Position numbers and translations under genes: made by a program. This document shows, one piece after another, positions 35,771 through 49,821 of a stretch of DNA of 64,000 nucleotides. This DNA is from Trueperaceae bacterium. Its GTDB lineage: Bacteria > Deinococcota > Deinococci > Deinococcales > Trueperaceae. Under the pieces are notes generated by a model. The model had not been told where the DNA came from. It ran no database searches and was given only the letters and a program-made list of their open reading frames with translations. The DNA is taken from assembly GCA_965214405.1 (NCBI GenBank), contig OZ243956.1, positions 1,984,001 through 2,048,000 of the forward strand. Direction: 5' to 3'. Position 1 is the stretch's first letter; each line of letters starts with the position of its first letter.

Positions 35771-37072
35771 TTAGTACAAAATAGCGAGCTCTAAGGTGGC
35801 CGGTCCGCTCGTATACACCGTGTCTGTGGCGACCAAGCCGATCACAACCGGACCCGAAAGCCGCGAGAGAAGGGCGCTAAAGGTTTCTTCGGAGGTCGTG
35901 AGTTCGGGGCGTCCGCCCTCGAAAAGCCCCAGGCGCTGCAAGGTCGTCGTCGCGTCGCCGTAAAGACCCGAGAGCGCGCCCAGCAGGTCCGTCTGGCTGA
36001 TGGGCCGCTCTACCGAGCCCAGGTGAATCTGGCGACTGGCGACGAGTTGCCCTTTCTCCAAAAGCTTTTGGTTCTCGACCGCGGTGACTTCGACCCGGAT
36101 TTCGCCGCCGAACTGGCTCGAGGGTGAAGACAGCACCACGAGGTCCGGCCCCGGCGTTTGCGCGACCGCCCCGATAAGCCCGTTGACCTGGTCGCTACTT
36201 AGCGTCACCGCGCCCGCGCCGCGCCTAAAGGTGGCGCTGTTGGCCTCTTGTACAAGGCTGGCGAGCGCGCCCCGCACCGCGGCGGGTTCAGACGCTTCAA
36301 CAACGCCGCTATAGACGATCTCCCCGCGCTGATAGACGGGCGCGGCACCTCCGCTAGCTCCCTGCTGCGCCTCGCTCACCCGCTGCGCCTGCGTTTCGAC
36401 CTGCGCTTGGAGGTCTGCCACTTGTCCTTCTAGGCCCCTGACCTGGTCGTTGAGCGCGGCCATGTTGCCCGTCAGTTCCTCGTTACTGCCGCTCAAGAGT
36501 TCGGAGTCTTTTTGTAAGCGGCTGTTCTCCCCTACCAGCGCAGTGTTTTCGGCCTCGAGCATCCCGTTGCGCTCGCGCAACCTTTGCGCCTGGGCCTGAA
36601 GGTCTTTAACCTCCGTGGTGAGTTCTTCGGTCGTCTCGGTGAGATTGATCGCCGCCTCCAAGGCCTCGTCCCGGCCCGCCTCGGCCTCCTCTAGCGCGGC
36701 GTCCGCGCGCTCCAACTCAGCGCGCGCCGCCGCCAATTCTTCGCTTCCCGCCGCCAACTGCGCCCGAAGGGTGGAGAGGTCGCTCTGCAAAACGAGCCTT
36801 TCGCTGCGGAGCCCCTCCAACTCCAAAGACGTTCGCTGCGCCTGCAAAAGGACCGCCGCCGCGCCGCGAAACGCCACCGCCAAGGTGCTCAGCGTCGTGA
36901 GCATAATCAAAATACCCGCCGCGACGCCCACCACCTGCCCCGTGCGCCGGGGCCGCCAGCCGAACAAGCTCAGCCGCCGTTTGCCGACGGTCGTCCCCAA
37001 CACGTCCCCCGCGTAAGCAATCACGCCCGCGAGGACAATGAGAAGAGACACCAGCGAAACTACGTACAGCAC
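35771..37072 (-). CDS. DUF3084-like membrane-anchored coiled-coil protein
   Basis: 'IAYAGDVLGTTVGKRRLSLFGWRPRRT' N-terminus and long coiled coil; downstream of lptB. Confidence 0.8.
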   Translation of the reverse strand: MLYVVSLVSLLIVLAGVIAYAGDVLGTTVGKRRLSLFGWRPRRTGQVVGVAAGILIMLTTLSTLAVAFRGAAAVLLQAQRTSLELEGLRSERLVLQSDLSTLRAQLAAGSEELAAARAELERADAALEEAEAGRDEALEAAINLTETTEELTTEVKDLQAQAQRLRERNGMLEAENTALVGENSRLQKDSELLSGSNEELTGNMAALNDQVRGLEGQVADLQAQVETQAQRVSEAQQGASGGAAPVYQRGEIVYSGVVEASEPAAVRGALASLVQEANSATFRRGAGAVTLSSDQVNGLIGAVAQTPGPDLVVLSSPSSQFGGEIRVEVTAVENQKLLEKGQLVASRQIHLGSVERPISQTDLLGALSGLYGDATTTLQRLGLFEGGRPELTTSEETFSALLSRLSGPVVIGLVATDTVYTSGPATLELAILY

Positions 37073-37206
37073 AGCCTAAAAGACCCTCCGCGCGGACCGC
37101 CCGCCGACGCATCCACCCCTAGTGTGCCACCCCGACATAAACGCCTATGTTAACGCCAGCTTCAACGTTAACACCGCTACCGACATGAGCGCCAACATGA
37201 GCAGCC

Positions 37207-37989
37207 TCAAAGCTGAAAGTCGCTCCCCAAATAATAAGCCCGCACGTTCTCGTCCTCCGCAAACTCCTGCGGCGACCCCTCAAAACTCACCCTGCCGTCG
37301 AACATCAGGTAGACCCGGTCGGCGATGGCGAGCGTTTCGCGCACGCTGTGGTCGGTCAGCAGCACGCCCAGCCCGCGCCGCTCGCGCAGCTCGGCAATCA
37401 GAAGTTGGATTTCGCGGATGGACTTGGGATCCACGCCGGTAAAGGGTTCGTCGAGCAAAATAAACGCCGGGTCGATGGTGAGGCTCCGGGCGATTTCTAA
37501 GCGACGGCGCTCGCCCCCCGAAAGCGTGTCCGCGCGGCTCTTCGCCAGCCCCGTGAGGCCAAACTCGGCTAAAAGTTCGTCCGCGCGCGTTTCGCGCTCC
37601 TCTTGGTTGGGGGTGTGGAACTCGAGCACTGCCAAGAGATTGTCCCGCACGCTCATCTTGCGAAAGGCCGAGGGCTCTTGCGGCAAATACCCCAGCCCCC
37701 GCCGCGCCCGCTTGTACATGGGCCAGCGGGTGATGTTGTCGTCACCCAGATAAATGCGCCCGGCGTTGGGCTTGACAAAACCCACCATCATGTAAAAGCT
37801 CGTCGTCTTGCCCGCGCCGTTGTGGCCCAAGAGCGCGACGATCTCGCCGGGCTCGAGCCGAAAGTCCACCCCGTCCACCACCGTGCGCCCCCCGTAACGT
37901 TTCTTGAGCCCTTCCGCGCGGAGGCTCGAGGTTTTCTCCGGAGGCGTGGGCTGGGACGTGGGCGGCGGCGCGTCGGTAACGAGTGACAT
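37207..37989 (-). CDS. lptB: LptB-type ABC ATP-binding protein
   Basis: '[11 protein letters not shown]', 'GYLPQE', '[13 protein letters not shown]', 'LDEPF', 'TDH'. Confidence 0.9.
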   Translation of the reverse strand: MSLVTDAPPPTSQPTPPEKTSSLRAEGLKKRYGGRTVVDGVDFRLEPGEIVALLGHNGAGKTTSFYMMVGFVKPNAGRIYLGDDNITRWPMYKRARRGLGYLPQEPSAFRKMSVRDNLLAVLEFHTPNQEERETRADELLAEFGLTGLAKSRADTLSGGERRRLEIARSLTIDPAFILLDEPFTGVDPKSIREIQLLIAELRERRGLGVLLTDHSVRETLAIADRVYLMFDGRVSFEGSPQEFAEDENVRAYYLGSDFQL

Positions 37990-38171
37990 ATAAAAGGACT
38001 TTATCACGCGAGGGGTGAGAAGGTTTTGCGCAACCTCACGCGGGGCGGTGGCGCGGCTATGGCTGTGTGGGAGGCTCGAGCCTTTGTAGACAAATTCAAG
38101 AGTAAGGAGAAAAGGGTCGAGGTAAATGTCACTTTCACCCCAACCCTTCTCTCCCTAACCCCCTACGCTTC

Positions 38172-39641
38172 TTAGCCCAGCGCCATCAAGAACGGGTCCT
38201 CGATGGCCGCGCAAATCCACCGCAAAAACCGCGCCGCCGCCGCGCCGTCGATCAAACGGTGGTCGTAGGTGACCGACAGCGGCATCATCATCCGGGGGTC
38301 GAACGCGCCCGTCTCGCGGTTGTAAACGGGCTCAAACGCGCCGCGCGACACGCCCAGAATCGCCACGTTGGGCGGGTTGACGATGGGCGTAAAGCCCGTC
38401 CCGCCGATGCCGCCCAAGTTCGAGACGCTAAAGTTGCCGCCCTGCATGTCCTCGGGTCCGAGCTTGCGTGCGCGAGCCTTTTCGGCTAAATCGCCGAGTT
38501 CCTTGGAAAGCTCGATAATCCCCTTTTGGTCCGCGTTCTTGATGACCGGGACGAGGAGCCCGCGCTCGGTATCGACCGCCACGCCGACGTTGACGTACTT
38601 TTTGTAGACGATTTCGCTACTCTGCGTGTCGATAGACGCGTTGAAGTCCGGAAACTGGCGGAGCGCGCCCGCGACCACCTTGATAATCATTGCGGTGGGC
38701 GTGAGTTTGGCACCGACCGCCTCGGCCCTTGGCGCGTACTTTTTGCGCAACGCGTCGAACTCAGTCGTGTCCGCCTTGTCAAACTGCGTAACCATCGGCA
38801 CCGTGGCCCAGGCTTGGGTCATCGAGCGGACCGTGGCCTTGCGGATGCCGCTCATCGGCTCGCGGGTGGTCTCGCCCCACTTGCTGAAGTCGGGCAGGGA
38901 CACGGCGGGAGCCTGGGGTGCGGGCGTCTGAGCAGGTTTTTGGGAGGCAGGCGCGGGAGCCTCCGCGGGTGCGCCGCCCTCGGCGTAACGCATCACGTCC
39001 TCCGCCGAGATGCGGCCCAGGGCTCCGGTTCCCTGAATTTGGCTCAGATCCACGCCCTTCTCGCGGGCCAAGCGGCGCACGGAGGGCGCGGCGGGGACGA
39101 GTTTGCCCGTGTTGCCTTCGTAAGAACCGGGGGCCTCCTGCGCTTTTTCGGCGGTTTTCGCGTTGGCGGCCTCGTCGGTTTCTTTCTCAATCTCTTCCTC
39201 TTCCTCCTCGAGCTCTTCCTCGGCCTTCACCTCCGCGTCGGCAGCCTGGTTGCGCGCCTCGTCAGCCTCTTCGGAGGTTTCGGCGGAGAGGTCTTCGGCC
39301 ACTTCCTCAACCTCTCCCCCAGCCTCTCCCGCAGAAGCTGCTGTTTCTTCGCTCGCTTCTCCGCCCGTTTCTTCTGTCTTTTCTTCAGAAGCCGCGTCCG
39401 CCCCCTCATCCCCTACTGTGAGAATGACCTGGCCGACCTTGGCCTCCTCGTTTTCTTTTACGTTGATGGCCTCCACCACGCCCGCCACCGACGAAGGCAC
39501 CTCGACCACCGCCTTGTCGGTTTCTAATTCCAGCACCGGCTGGTCTTTTTCGACGGTGTCCCCCACCGCCACGAGAATGCCCACGACCGTCCCCGACTCG
39601 ATGCCCTCGCCCACCTCGGGCAGCTTGAATTCCGTTGGCAC
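38172..39641 (-). CDS. aceF: Pyruvate dehydrogenase E2 dihydrolipoamide acetyltransferase
   Basis: Lipoyl 'ETDKA', PSBD 'APSVRRLARE', catalytic 'DHRLIDG'. Confidence 0.93.
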   Translation of the reverse strand: MPTEFKLPEVGEGIESGTVVGILVAVGDTVEKDQPVLELETDKAVVEVPSSVAGVVEAINVKENEEAKVGQVILTVGDEGADAASEEKTEETGGEASEETAASAGEAGGEVEEVAEDLSAETSEEADEARNQAADAEVKAEEELEEEEEEIEKETDEAANAKTAEKAQEAPGSYEGNTGKLVPAAPSVRRLAREKGVDLSQIQGTGALGRISAEDVMRYAEGGAPAEAPAPASQKPAQTPAPQAPAVSLPDFSKWGETTREPMSGIRKATVRSMTQAWATVPMVTQFDKADTTEFDALRKKYAPRAEAVGAKLTPTAMIIKVVAGALRQFPDFNASIDTQSSEIVYKKYVNVGVAVDTERGLLVPVIKNADQKGIIELSKELGDLAEKARARKLGPEDMQGGNFSVSNLGGIGGTGFTPIVNPPNVAILGVSRGAFEPVYNRETGAFDPRMMMPLSVTYDHRLIDGAAAARFLRWICAAIEDPFLMALG

Positions 39642-39717
39642 AGATAACGTCCTTTCATTCTTAGCTTGTTTAAGAAAGAGAGGGAAGCTGGCTACGCTTC
39701 CCTCTCGCCTTCACCGT

Positions 39718-42438
<2,721 letters not shown>

Positions 42439-42612
42439 GAATGCTCCTTCCAGTCTGCCCGCCTGTTCCCTTGGTCCGCTCGCGTGCTTGCGCTTATATA
42501 AAAGTCGGCTTAGGAAACTCCTCTGTTGTTCTCATCCTACTACCGACGCCCCACCCCGCGCCAAGCCCAGCTTGCAATCGTGAACGTGATTGTGTGAGCT
42601 AGACTTGGAGTC

Positions 42613-43032
42613 ATGCTCCTTCTCCACCTCGCCGCGACGCTCTTTATGACCGGCCTCATCTGGTTCGTGCAGGTGGTCCACTACCCGCTCTTCGCAGGCG
42701 TACCCGGCGAGGCGTTTGTACCCTACGCCGCGCGGCATCAACGGCTCACGGGCTTTGTGGTGGGGCCGGTGATGGGGCTCGAGCTCGCCACCGCCGTGGG
42801 GCTTTTCTGGTCACATGATATTCCGCGCCTCGAGCTGTGGGTGAGCCTGGGGCTTCTCGGGATTATCTGGCTTTCAACCGCGCTTGTACAGGTGCCGCGG
42901 CATTCACGGTTAGGCCGAGGCTACGACGCCAAAGTAATTGGCGAGCTTGTCAACAGCAACTGGGTACGCACCGCCGCCTGGACGCTGCGCGCCGGGCTGG
43001 TGCTGCTGTGGGCGGGGAGGCTGATGAATTGA
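42613..43032 (+). CDS. Small four-helix membrane protein
   Basis: 'GLIWFVQVVHYPLF', 'NWVRT'; TAGACT-7nt-ATG promoter geometry. Confidence 0.7.
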   Translation: MLLLHLAATLFMTGLIWFVQVVHYPLFAGVPGEAFVPYAARHQRLTGFVVGPVMGLELATAVGLFWSHDIPRLELWVSLGLLGIIWLSTALVQVPRHSRLGRGYDAKVIGELVNSNWVRTAAWTLRAGLVLLWAGRLMN

Positions 43033-43158
43033 GATAGGGGGCGGGGGAGATGGGGGGATAGGGAGCAGGACCAGAAACCCTTGCTCCCCACCTCCTCTAC
43101 TCCCTTTATGCCCTTTGGATACTCCCCATTTGACCCGGATGGCCTAACCCGGACTCAA

Positions 43159-44307
43159 TTAAACCTGTTGGTGAGACGCCCGCAGCGGCACCCTGACGCT
43201 CACAGTGGTGCCCGCGTCGGGCTTTGACAACACGGTGAGGGTGCCGCCCACCATCGTCACCTGCTCCTCGAGGCCGATAAGGCCGAAGTGATTCTTTTGG
43301 GCGAACTCCCCCAACCGCTCGGGCACCGTGAAGCCGCGCCCGTCGTCTTGGACGGCCAGCTCGAGCGCGCCCGGCTCTCCCGCCTGGACGCACAGGCGCA
43401 GCATGACGGTGTCCGCTCCCGCGTGCCTAAGCGCGTTGCGCAAAGCTTCTTGCGCGGCGCGGAAAAGGCAGAGCGAGACCATTGGCGGCAAGTCCAGCCC
43501 GTCGGTTTCGACGTCGCTCGAGATGACGGGCTTGGCCCCCCGCCCGTCACCGAGCGAGGCGACGTAGTTTTCCAGCGTCACGCTGAGGCCGAACTCGTCC
43601 AGACCCGCGGGGCGCAAGCCGCGGATAAGGCCGCGGAGGCCGCTCACGATGTCCAGGACCGTGTCGCGCTGACCCTCCAACATCTCTTTGAGCACGCCGT
43701 CTACGCCCTGCCTGGCCGCCTGCTTCTGGATTTCGACCAAGCCGTAGGAGATGCCCAAGAGCCCCTGCACCGCGTGGTCGTGGAGTTCCCTGGCGAAATG
43801 GCGGCGCTCCTCCTCGCGGACCTCGACCAAGCGGAGGCGCGCCTTGGAGAGTTCGGCGGTGCGCGCCGTAACGCGGGCCTCGAGCTCGTCATAAGCCCTG
43901 CGCAGCGCCTCCTCGGCGGCGCGGCGGGCGCGGCGCATCTCGACCTCGCGCAGCGCGCGGCTCACGGCGGGCGCGAGGCGGCCCAAATTACCCTTGTTTA
44001 CATAATCGACCGCGCCGCTCCGCATTAGGGACACCGCCGCCTCCTCGCCGATGGTCCCCGACACGACGATGCAGGGCGCGTCCAGCGAGCGCTCATTCAG
44101 GAGCCTGACCACGTCCAGCGCGTCGAGAGACGGCATGGCGTGGTCGCTCAGAATCACGTCCCAGGGCTCGGCGAGCGCGTCCAGCAACGCCTCGCCCGTG
44201 TCCACGCGTTTGGTCACGGGCGCGAAACCGCCGCGGCGGAGCTCGAGCGCTATTAAAGCGGCGTCGTCCGCCGAGTCTTCGATGAGGAGCGCGCGTAGGG
44301 GTGTCAA
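43159..44307 (-). CDS. Hybrid receiver-histidine kinase (REC + HisKA_3 + HATPase)
   Basis: 'LLIEDS', 'SDHAMP', 'ARELHD', 'EALRNALRHA', 'DDGRGF'; TTGA overlap. Confidence 0.9.
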   Translation of the reverse strand: MTPLRALLIEDSADDAALIALELRRGGFAPVTKRVDTGEALLDALAEPWDVILSDHAMPSLDALDVVRLLNERSLDAPCIVVSGTIGEEAAVSLMRSGAVDYVNKGNLGRLAPAVSRALREVEMRRARRAAEEALRRAYDELEARVTARTAELSKARLRLVEVREEERRHFARELHDHAVQGLLGISYGLVEIQKQAARQGVDGVLKEMLEGQRDTVLDIVSGLRGLIRGLRPAGLDEFGLSVTLENYVASLGDGRGAKPVISSDVETDGLDLPPMVSLCLFRAAQEALRNALRHAGADTVMLRLCVQAGEPGALELAVQDDGRGFTVPERLGEFAQKNHFGLIGLEEQVTMVGGTLTVLSKPDAGTTVSVRVPLRASHQQV

Positions 44308-44756
44308 ACCCGCGCGTGCCACGGCGTTTCGTTGAGCATGAGCCAGTAGACGCCCAATTGCCTCACGGCCTCTGTAAAAGCGGCGAAGTCCACGGGTTTT
44401 TGCACGTACGAGTTGGCCCCGTTGGCGTAGCTCTCGGCCACGTCGCGCTCTTCGCGCGAGGTCGTCAGCATCACCACGGGCAGGAGTTTGGTGCGCGCGT
44501 CCTGTCTAAGTTGCTTGAGCACCTCTAAGCCGCTCAACTTGGGCAGGTTGACGTCCAAAAGCACAAGTTGGGGCACCTCCTCGGGGTTTCGACTTTTGTA
44601 GGAACCGCGCGCGAACAAGTAGTCCAGAGCCTCAGCGCCGTCTTTCACGACCACGACCTCGCTAATCAGCTTGTGCTGACGAAGCGCGCGCAAAGTCAGG
44701 TCGATATCGTCCTGGTTGTCTTCGACCAGCAGGATATGGGTACCCTCTCGAGTCAT
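44304..44756 (-). CDS. Single-domain response regulator (Rcp1/BphR-like)
   Basis: 'LLVEDN', 'LLDVNLPK', 'LTTS', 'ANSYVQKPVDF', C-terminal 'YW'. Confidence 0.92.
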   Translation of the reverse strand: MTREGTHILLVEDNQDDIDLTLRALRQHKLISEVVVVKDGAEALDYLFARGSYKSRNPEEVPQLVLLDVNLPKLSGLEVLKQLRQDARTKLLPVVMLTTSREERDVAESYANGANSYVQKPVDFAAFTEAVRQLGVYWLMLNETPWHARV

Positions 44757-44828
44757 CCGTCTTTACTCCTCCTTAGGTTGGGCGAGGTTTGGCCCGCGTA
44801 TCAAATCCGGCGGCCAAAACCCGCGTGG

Positions 44829-47800
44829 TCAGGCCAGCGTAAAGAAAAAGGTCGCGCCCGCCCCCACCTCGCCCTCGGCCCAGACCTTGCCCCCGTGCCG
44901 GTGGATGATGCGCTGCACCGTCGCCAAGCCGATGCCTGTGCCCTCAAACTCCCCTTGCGAGTGGAGGCGCTGGAAGGCGGTAAAAAGCTTGTTCGCGTAC
45001 GCCATGTTAAAGCCCGCCCCGTTGTCCTGCACAAAGTATACCGGAATTTCGCCCGCTTGCACCCCAAAATGAACACGCGCGACAGCCTCGCACGAGGTGA
45101 ACTTCCAGGCGTTCTCGAGCAGGTTCTCCAACACCACGGTGAGGAGCCGCGCGTCGCCCTCGGCTGTCACGTTTTTCTGGATGTCGAAGCTCGCTTTGCG
45201 TTTGGGGTCGCGCTCCACGAGCCTTTGGGCAACTTCTTCAACGATGGCGCTCAAATCCACCGCCTGCCGCTTCATCTCGCTCCTCGAGAGGCGCGACAAG
45301 AGGAGCAGGTCGTCGATAAGTTCGCCCATGCGCTGCGCGCCCGCGCGCACGCGCCCCAGATAATGCCGCGCGGTCTCGTCCAGACCCTCGCTATAGTCTT
45401 CTAGCAGCGCCTGCGAAAAGCCGTCGATGCCGCGCAGCGGCGCGCGCAGGTCGTGACTCACCGAATAGGAAAAAGCTTCCAGCTCTTTGTTGGCGCTCTC
45501 CAGTTGCGCGGTACGCTGCGCGACGCGCTCCTCCAGGGCCTCGTTTAGCTCCTGCGCCTGCGCGTAAAGGAGCGCGTTCTCCACGGCGATGGCGGCGCGG
45601 CGGCCCAGCTCCTCGGCCAGCGCCAAGTCAACCTCGGTGTAGCGCCGCCCCCCTTCCGCCGACACGAACAGGAGGACGCCCAGGGTCTTATCGTGGACGT
45701 TGAGCGGCACGACCATCATCGAGCGAAAGCCCACCGCCCGGAGCAGGTCCAGGTGCGCGTCGTCGTGGGCGGCGGCTTTGAGGAGCGCGTCCGGGACCTC
45801 CGGGCGGAGCACCGCTTTACCCGTGCGCAGCACCTCGTAAAAGCCGCCGGGGGTATGGGGCGCGGGAGGGTAGCGGCGGTTGAGCTCGAGCGCCCAAGAG
45901 ACCTTGTCCGGGTCTTTGTGCGCTACCGCCAGGCGCTCGAGCCGCCCCTCGTCGTTCACCAGGTCCACCGTACACCAGTCGGCCACGCCCGGCACGGCGA
46001 GCTTCGCCACGTTGGCGAGCGTTTCTTCGTAGTCCAAAGACGAGGCCAAAAGCGTACTCGCCTCGGCCAAAAAGGTGAGGCGTTGGCCCGCCCTTTCGGC
46101 CTCGTCGCGGGCGGAGCGCTCGAGTTCCAACAACCTCAAGCGCTCCCTTTCGGCCTCCTTGCGCTTTGAGATGTCCTCGACCACCGAGATGCAGTATTCC
46201 GGCTCGCCCGCCGGGTCGCGCTGCAACGCGGCGGTGAGGTCTATCCAGACGATGTGCCCGTCGGAGTGGAAGTAGCGCTTCTCCATCGTGTAGGAGTCTA
46301 TTTCACCCTTCATAAGCTCTGCGAATCTCACCACATCGGCGTCTAAGTCGTCCGGGTGGGTAAGGTCTTGAAAGGTCATCTTTAGGAGTTCATCTTTGCT
46401 GTAGCCGGTAATTTTACAGAGCGTCTCATTCACGCGCAGCCACTCGCCGCCCATCCCGACGTGACCGATGCCCACCGCCGCATTTTCAAAGGTGCCCCGG
46501 AAGCGCGCCTCGGACTCGCGTAAGGCCGTCTCGGCCATTTTACGTTCGGTCACGTCGGTAAAAACCAGCGCGACCCTGCGATTCTCTCTGTTACCCACGG
46601 GGGCGGCGTAGACGTCAAAAGAGCGCCCCATCACCTCCGACTCACCTTCAAAACGTAGCGGCTCGCCGGTCGTGGCAACTTTGTTGTAGCGCTCGACCCA
46701 GTGTCGCTCGATGCCCGGCACGAGCTCGCGCACCGTTTTGCCCGCTGCGTCCGTCAGGCCCGTCTGCTTCTCGAACGCCGGGTTCGTCTCCAGAAAGCGG
46801 TAATCTTTCGGTTCGCCGTCCGCGCCGTAGATCATTTCTATAACGGAAAAACCCTCGTCGATGGTGTTAAAGAGCGTGCGGTAACGCTCTTCGGACTTTC
46901 GCAGCGCCTCCTCCGCGAGTTCGCGCTCGGTGGAGTCGCGCAGCACCTTGGCGAAACCGCGTAAATTCCCCGCGTCGTCGCGCAAGGCGGTCATCACGCC
47001 GTCGGCGAAAAAGCGCGCGCCGTCCTTTTTGAGGTGCCAGCGCTGGTCCTTGGCCTCGCCTGTGGCCTCGGCCTCGAGCAGCTCGCGCTCGGGCGCGCCC
47101 GCCGCACGGTCTTCGGGGGTAAAGATGAGGTCGGCCTTGGCGCCCAGCACCTCCTCTTGCGCGTAGCCTATGATCCGCTCCGCGCCGGGGTTCCACTCGA
47201 GCACCCGCCCCTCGGTATCGGTCATGATAATGGCGTACTCTTTGGCGCTCTCGACCAAGAGCCTGAGCCGCTCGGTCGCCTCTTGCAGCGCCTCCTCGGC
47301 GAGTTTGCGTTCAGAAATGTTCTCGTGCGCGACCACCACCCGCACCGGGCCGGGGCCGGAAAAGCGGCTCACGGTGAGCGCGAACCAGCGCTTCTGGGTG
47401 GGGGAGTGGCAGGGGTACTCGAGCCTGAAAGCGTCCCTTTCGCCCCCTATCACCGCCCGGATGCCCGCCGCCACGTCCAGACCTTCGTTCGAACTTACTA
47501 TGGTGTCCTGTGCAGTGTCTTGTGCAGTGTCCTGTGTGACATCTTCTGCAGGTTTTGTATCGGCGTCCGGTGACACCCCGCACACCGCCAGATAGTTCGT
47601 GCCCAGGTCGTCCGGGTTGCCGCCGTTCTCTTCCGCAAAACGCCGCCAGGCCGCGTTGGTGGCGATGATGGTGCCTTCTTCGTCCAACACCGCGATGTGC
47701 GCGCCCAGCGCGTCTAAGGTCGAGCGCAAAAAACGTTGCGACTCCGAAAGCGCCCCCTCGGCGCGTTTACGCTCGGTAATGTCCACCGCCGACGCGGTGA

Positions 47801-48731
47801 GGCGCGTGACGCGGCCCGCCTCGTCGGTCATGGGCGCGAGCATAAAGTCCAGGGTCGCTTCTCGGCCCTCGCCCACCCACACCCGCGCGTCAAAACGCAG
47901 CGTCTCGCCCGAGGCGGCCCTCTGGAGCGCCCGGCGCAGCCTCGCCTGCGCCGCCGGGTCGTGCCGCCACCAAGGCGTCTCAGCGAAAGGCTCGCCCAGA
48001 ACCTCGTCCAGCGTGACGTCCGAGGCGGAGAGCGCGGTGTGGTTCACGTAGCGCAGCCTGCCCTCCGGGCTCAGCACCGCCACAAAGGTGAGGAGGTGGT
48101 CGAGCACGTCTTGCAGCCGCTCTTCAGAGGCGCGCACCTCCTTTTCCGCCCGCCGCCGCTCGCCGACCTCGTGCTCCAGACTCTCGTTGGAGGTATTAAG
48201 CTCCCGCGTGCGCTCCTTGACGCGCGCCTCGAGCCCATCACGCGCGCGGCGCAGCTCCTCCAAGGCTTCTACGCGTTCTGTAACGTCGTTCTGGACGCCC
48301 AAGAAGAGCACGGGCTTTCCCTCGTCGTCGTGTACGGGCGAAAGGTAAAGCTCGTTATAAAACAGCGAGCCGTCCTTGCGGTAGTTGCGCAGCTCCACCT
48401 GCACCGCGTGACCCTTTTCGACCGCCTCGCGGAGTTTTGCAACCGCGGGCTGGTCGCGGTCTTCGCCTTGCAAAAAGCGGCAGTTGCGCCCCATCACCTC
48501 CTCCGGGGCGTAGCCCGTGAGCTTTTCGAAGCCGCGGTTGATGTAGATGATGGGGTTGTCCGGCGTGTTCGGGTCGGTGACGACCAACGTATTGTCAAAG
48601 GCGTCAAGGAGGGACTCGAGCAGCCTCACCCGGTCCGACGAACCGTAGAGCGCGGCCAAGTGGGCCTCGAGGGCGCGGACGCGGCTGGACGCGCCCGACG
48701 GACGCAAGACTTCGGTAGAGCCGTCGCTCAT
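44829..48731 (-). CDS. LOV-multiPAS-GAF sensor histidine kinase
   Basis: LOV 'GRNCRFLQ' at 48468-48491; about 5 further PAS; GAF; '[14 protein letters not shown]', 'NLLENAWKF', 'GTGIGL'. Confidence 0.93.
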   Translation of the reverse strand: MSDGSTEVLRPSGASSRVRALEAHLAALYGSSDRVRLLESLLDAFDNTLVVTDPNTPDNPIIYINRGFEKLTGYAPEEVMGRNCRFLQGEDRDQPAVAKLREAVEKGHAVQVELRNYRKDGSLFYNELYLSPVHDDEGKPVLFLGVQNDVTERVEALEELRRARDGLEARVKERTRELNTSNESLEHEVGERRRAEKEVRASEERLQDVLDHLLTFVAVLSPEGRLRYVNHTALSASDVTLDEVLGEPFAETPWWRHDPAAQARLRRALQRAASGETLRFDARVWVGEGREATLDFMLAPMTDEAGRVTRLTASAVDITERKRAEGALSESQRFLRSTLDALGAHIAVLDEEGTIIATNAAWRRFAEENGGNPDDLGTNYLAVCGVSPDADTKPAEDVTQDTAQDTAQDTIVSSNEGLDVAAGIRAVIGGERDAFRLEYPCHSPTQKRWFALTVSRFSGPGPVRVVVAHENISERKLAEEALQEATERLRLLVESAKEYAIIMTDTEGRVLEWNPGAERIIGYAQEEVLGAKADLIFTPEDRAAGAPERELLEAEATGEAKDQRWHLKKDGARFFADGVMTALRDDAGNLRGFAKVLRDSTERELAEEALRKSEERYRTLFNTIDEGFSVIEMIYGADGEPKDYRFLETNPAFEKQTGLTDAAGKTVRELVPGIERHWVERYNKVATTGEPLRFEGESEVMGRSFDVYAAPVGNRENRRVALVFTDVTERKMAETALRESEARFRGTFENAAVGIGHVGMGGEWLRVNETLCKITGYSKDELLKMTFQDLTHPDDLDADVVRFAELMKGEIDSYTMEKRYFHSDGHIVWIDLTAALQRDPAGEPEYCISVVEDISKRKEAERERLRLLELERSARDEAERAGQRLTFLAEASTLLASSLDYEETLANVAKLAVPGVADWCTVDLVNDEGRLERLAVAHKDPDKVSWALELNRRYPPAPHTPGGFYEVLRTGKAVLRPEVPDALLKAAAHDDAHLDLLRAVGFRSMMVVPLNVHDKTLGVLLFVSAEGGRRYTEVDLALAEELGRRAAIAVENALLYAQAQELNEALEERVAQRTAQLESANKELEAFSYSVSHDLRAPLRGIDGFSQALLEDYSEGLDETARHYLGRVRAGAQRMGELIDDLLLLSRLSRSEMKRQAVDLSAIVEEVAQRLVERDPKRKASFDIQKNVTAEGDARLLTVVLENLLENAWKFTSCEAVARVHFGVQAGEIPVYFVQDNGAGFNMAYANKLFTAFQRLHSQGEFEGTGIGLATVQRIIHRHGGKVWAEGEVGAGATFFFTLA

Positions 48732-49202
48732 CTCGCCAACTCCCGCCACGTCTCCGGAACGACCACGGGGGATGCCGACGGTGCGCCAGCATCCCCTGCA
48801 CACACCAAAACGAGAGAAAAAAGGAGCATGTTCATGCCCCCCACCCTACTCGATTCCGCCGTCAGGATAGGAAGAGAAGCCTACGGAGTCCACAAAAAGA
48901 CCGAAAAGCCACAAAATGTTCGAAAGTTCACAGCAGATTTGGGGGCCGATTTGGGTGCCCGTGCGGGTGAGACGCAAAAGCGGGTGAAAACTCTCCCGAC
49001 CACCAATAAATCTATAAACAAAAAAGAGCCGCTAACTTTTACCCCCCGTTAGCGACTCTCCTCTGCTGCCCTCTTCGCTGCTCCTGAAGTAGGATAAAAC
49101 AAAGCCTCCTCGCCGGTAAGAGCTGGCTGTACCAGGTAGTTGAGTACAAACGTCATCTTAGCGTTCACCTGTTTACTATCCGCCTGTTCAGCGTTGACCC
49201 GG

Positions 49203-49799
49203 CTAAGTGATGGCAGGCGGAGATGCCGGAGAGGGCTCGAGAAAACGCAGCGCCAGTTGCGACCAACCCTCGAGCTTGACCCTCTCCTCAGCCACCTCGG
49301 CCCAGGGGACAAAGCCGCCGGAGAGCTTGTGCGTTTCCCGAACCTCTATGTCGCCAGGGGCGCGCACGCGGTACAGGACGCCAGTATGAACCCTGTCAAC
49401 TAATGTTTCGGCGGTGTGAATCAGCCCCACCGCCTCGGCAAAAAAAGCGCGGATATGGAGTTCTTCGCGCAGCTCCCTCGTCAGCGCGCCCTCGAGCACG
49501 TCGCGCGCGTTCACGTGATCAAGCGGGTTGATGTGGCCGCCGATCCCGATGGAGAGCCGTTCGTGGAGCCGCGCCTCGGTGCCCGCCTTGAGGCGTTTGA
49601 CTAAAAACACGCTGCCAGCGCGCTCGAGCACCGCGTAGGGGATAATCTGCCGCCAGCGCGGGTCCTCCTCGACGTCCGCACGGGGCAAAAACTGCCCTTC
49701 TGTAGCGAGGCGTCTGTAAAGCTCCTGTGAAAGCGGCAAGACGTCACGCTGCGGCTCCGGCAGGGCGTCGGCGGGAAGGCAGTAGACATGCTCAGGCAC
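49203..49799 (-). CDS. NUDIX-like predicted phosphoesterase
   Basis: 'QIIPY', 'SIGIGGHIN', 'RELREEL'. Confidence 0.8.
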   Translation of the reverse strand: MPEHVYCLPADALPEPQRDVLPLSQELYRRLATEGQFLPRADVEEDPRWRQIIPYAVLERAGSVFLVKRLKAGTEARLHERLSIGIGGHINPLDHVNARDVLEGALTRELREELHIRAFFAEAVGLIHTAETLVDRVHTGVLYRVRAPGDIEVRETHKLSGGFVPWAEVAEERVKLEGWSQLALRFLEPSPASPPAIT

Positions 49800-49821
49800 A
49801 CGCTACGGTAGCATATAGCCT

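Noticed and set aside
43037..43105. G-rich/C-rich tract (also 38105-38165, 39675-39706, 52103-52134)
   Set aside because: Ordinary intergenic hairpins or terminators with no shared sequence
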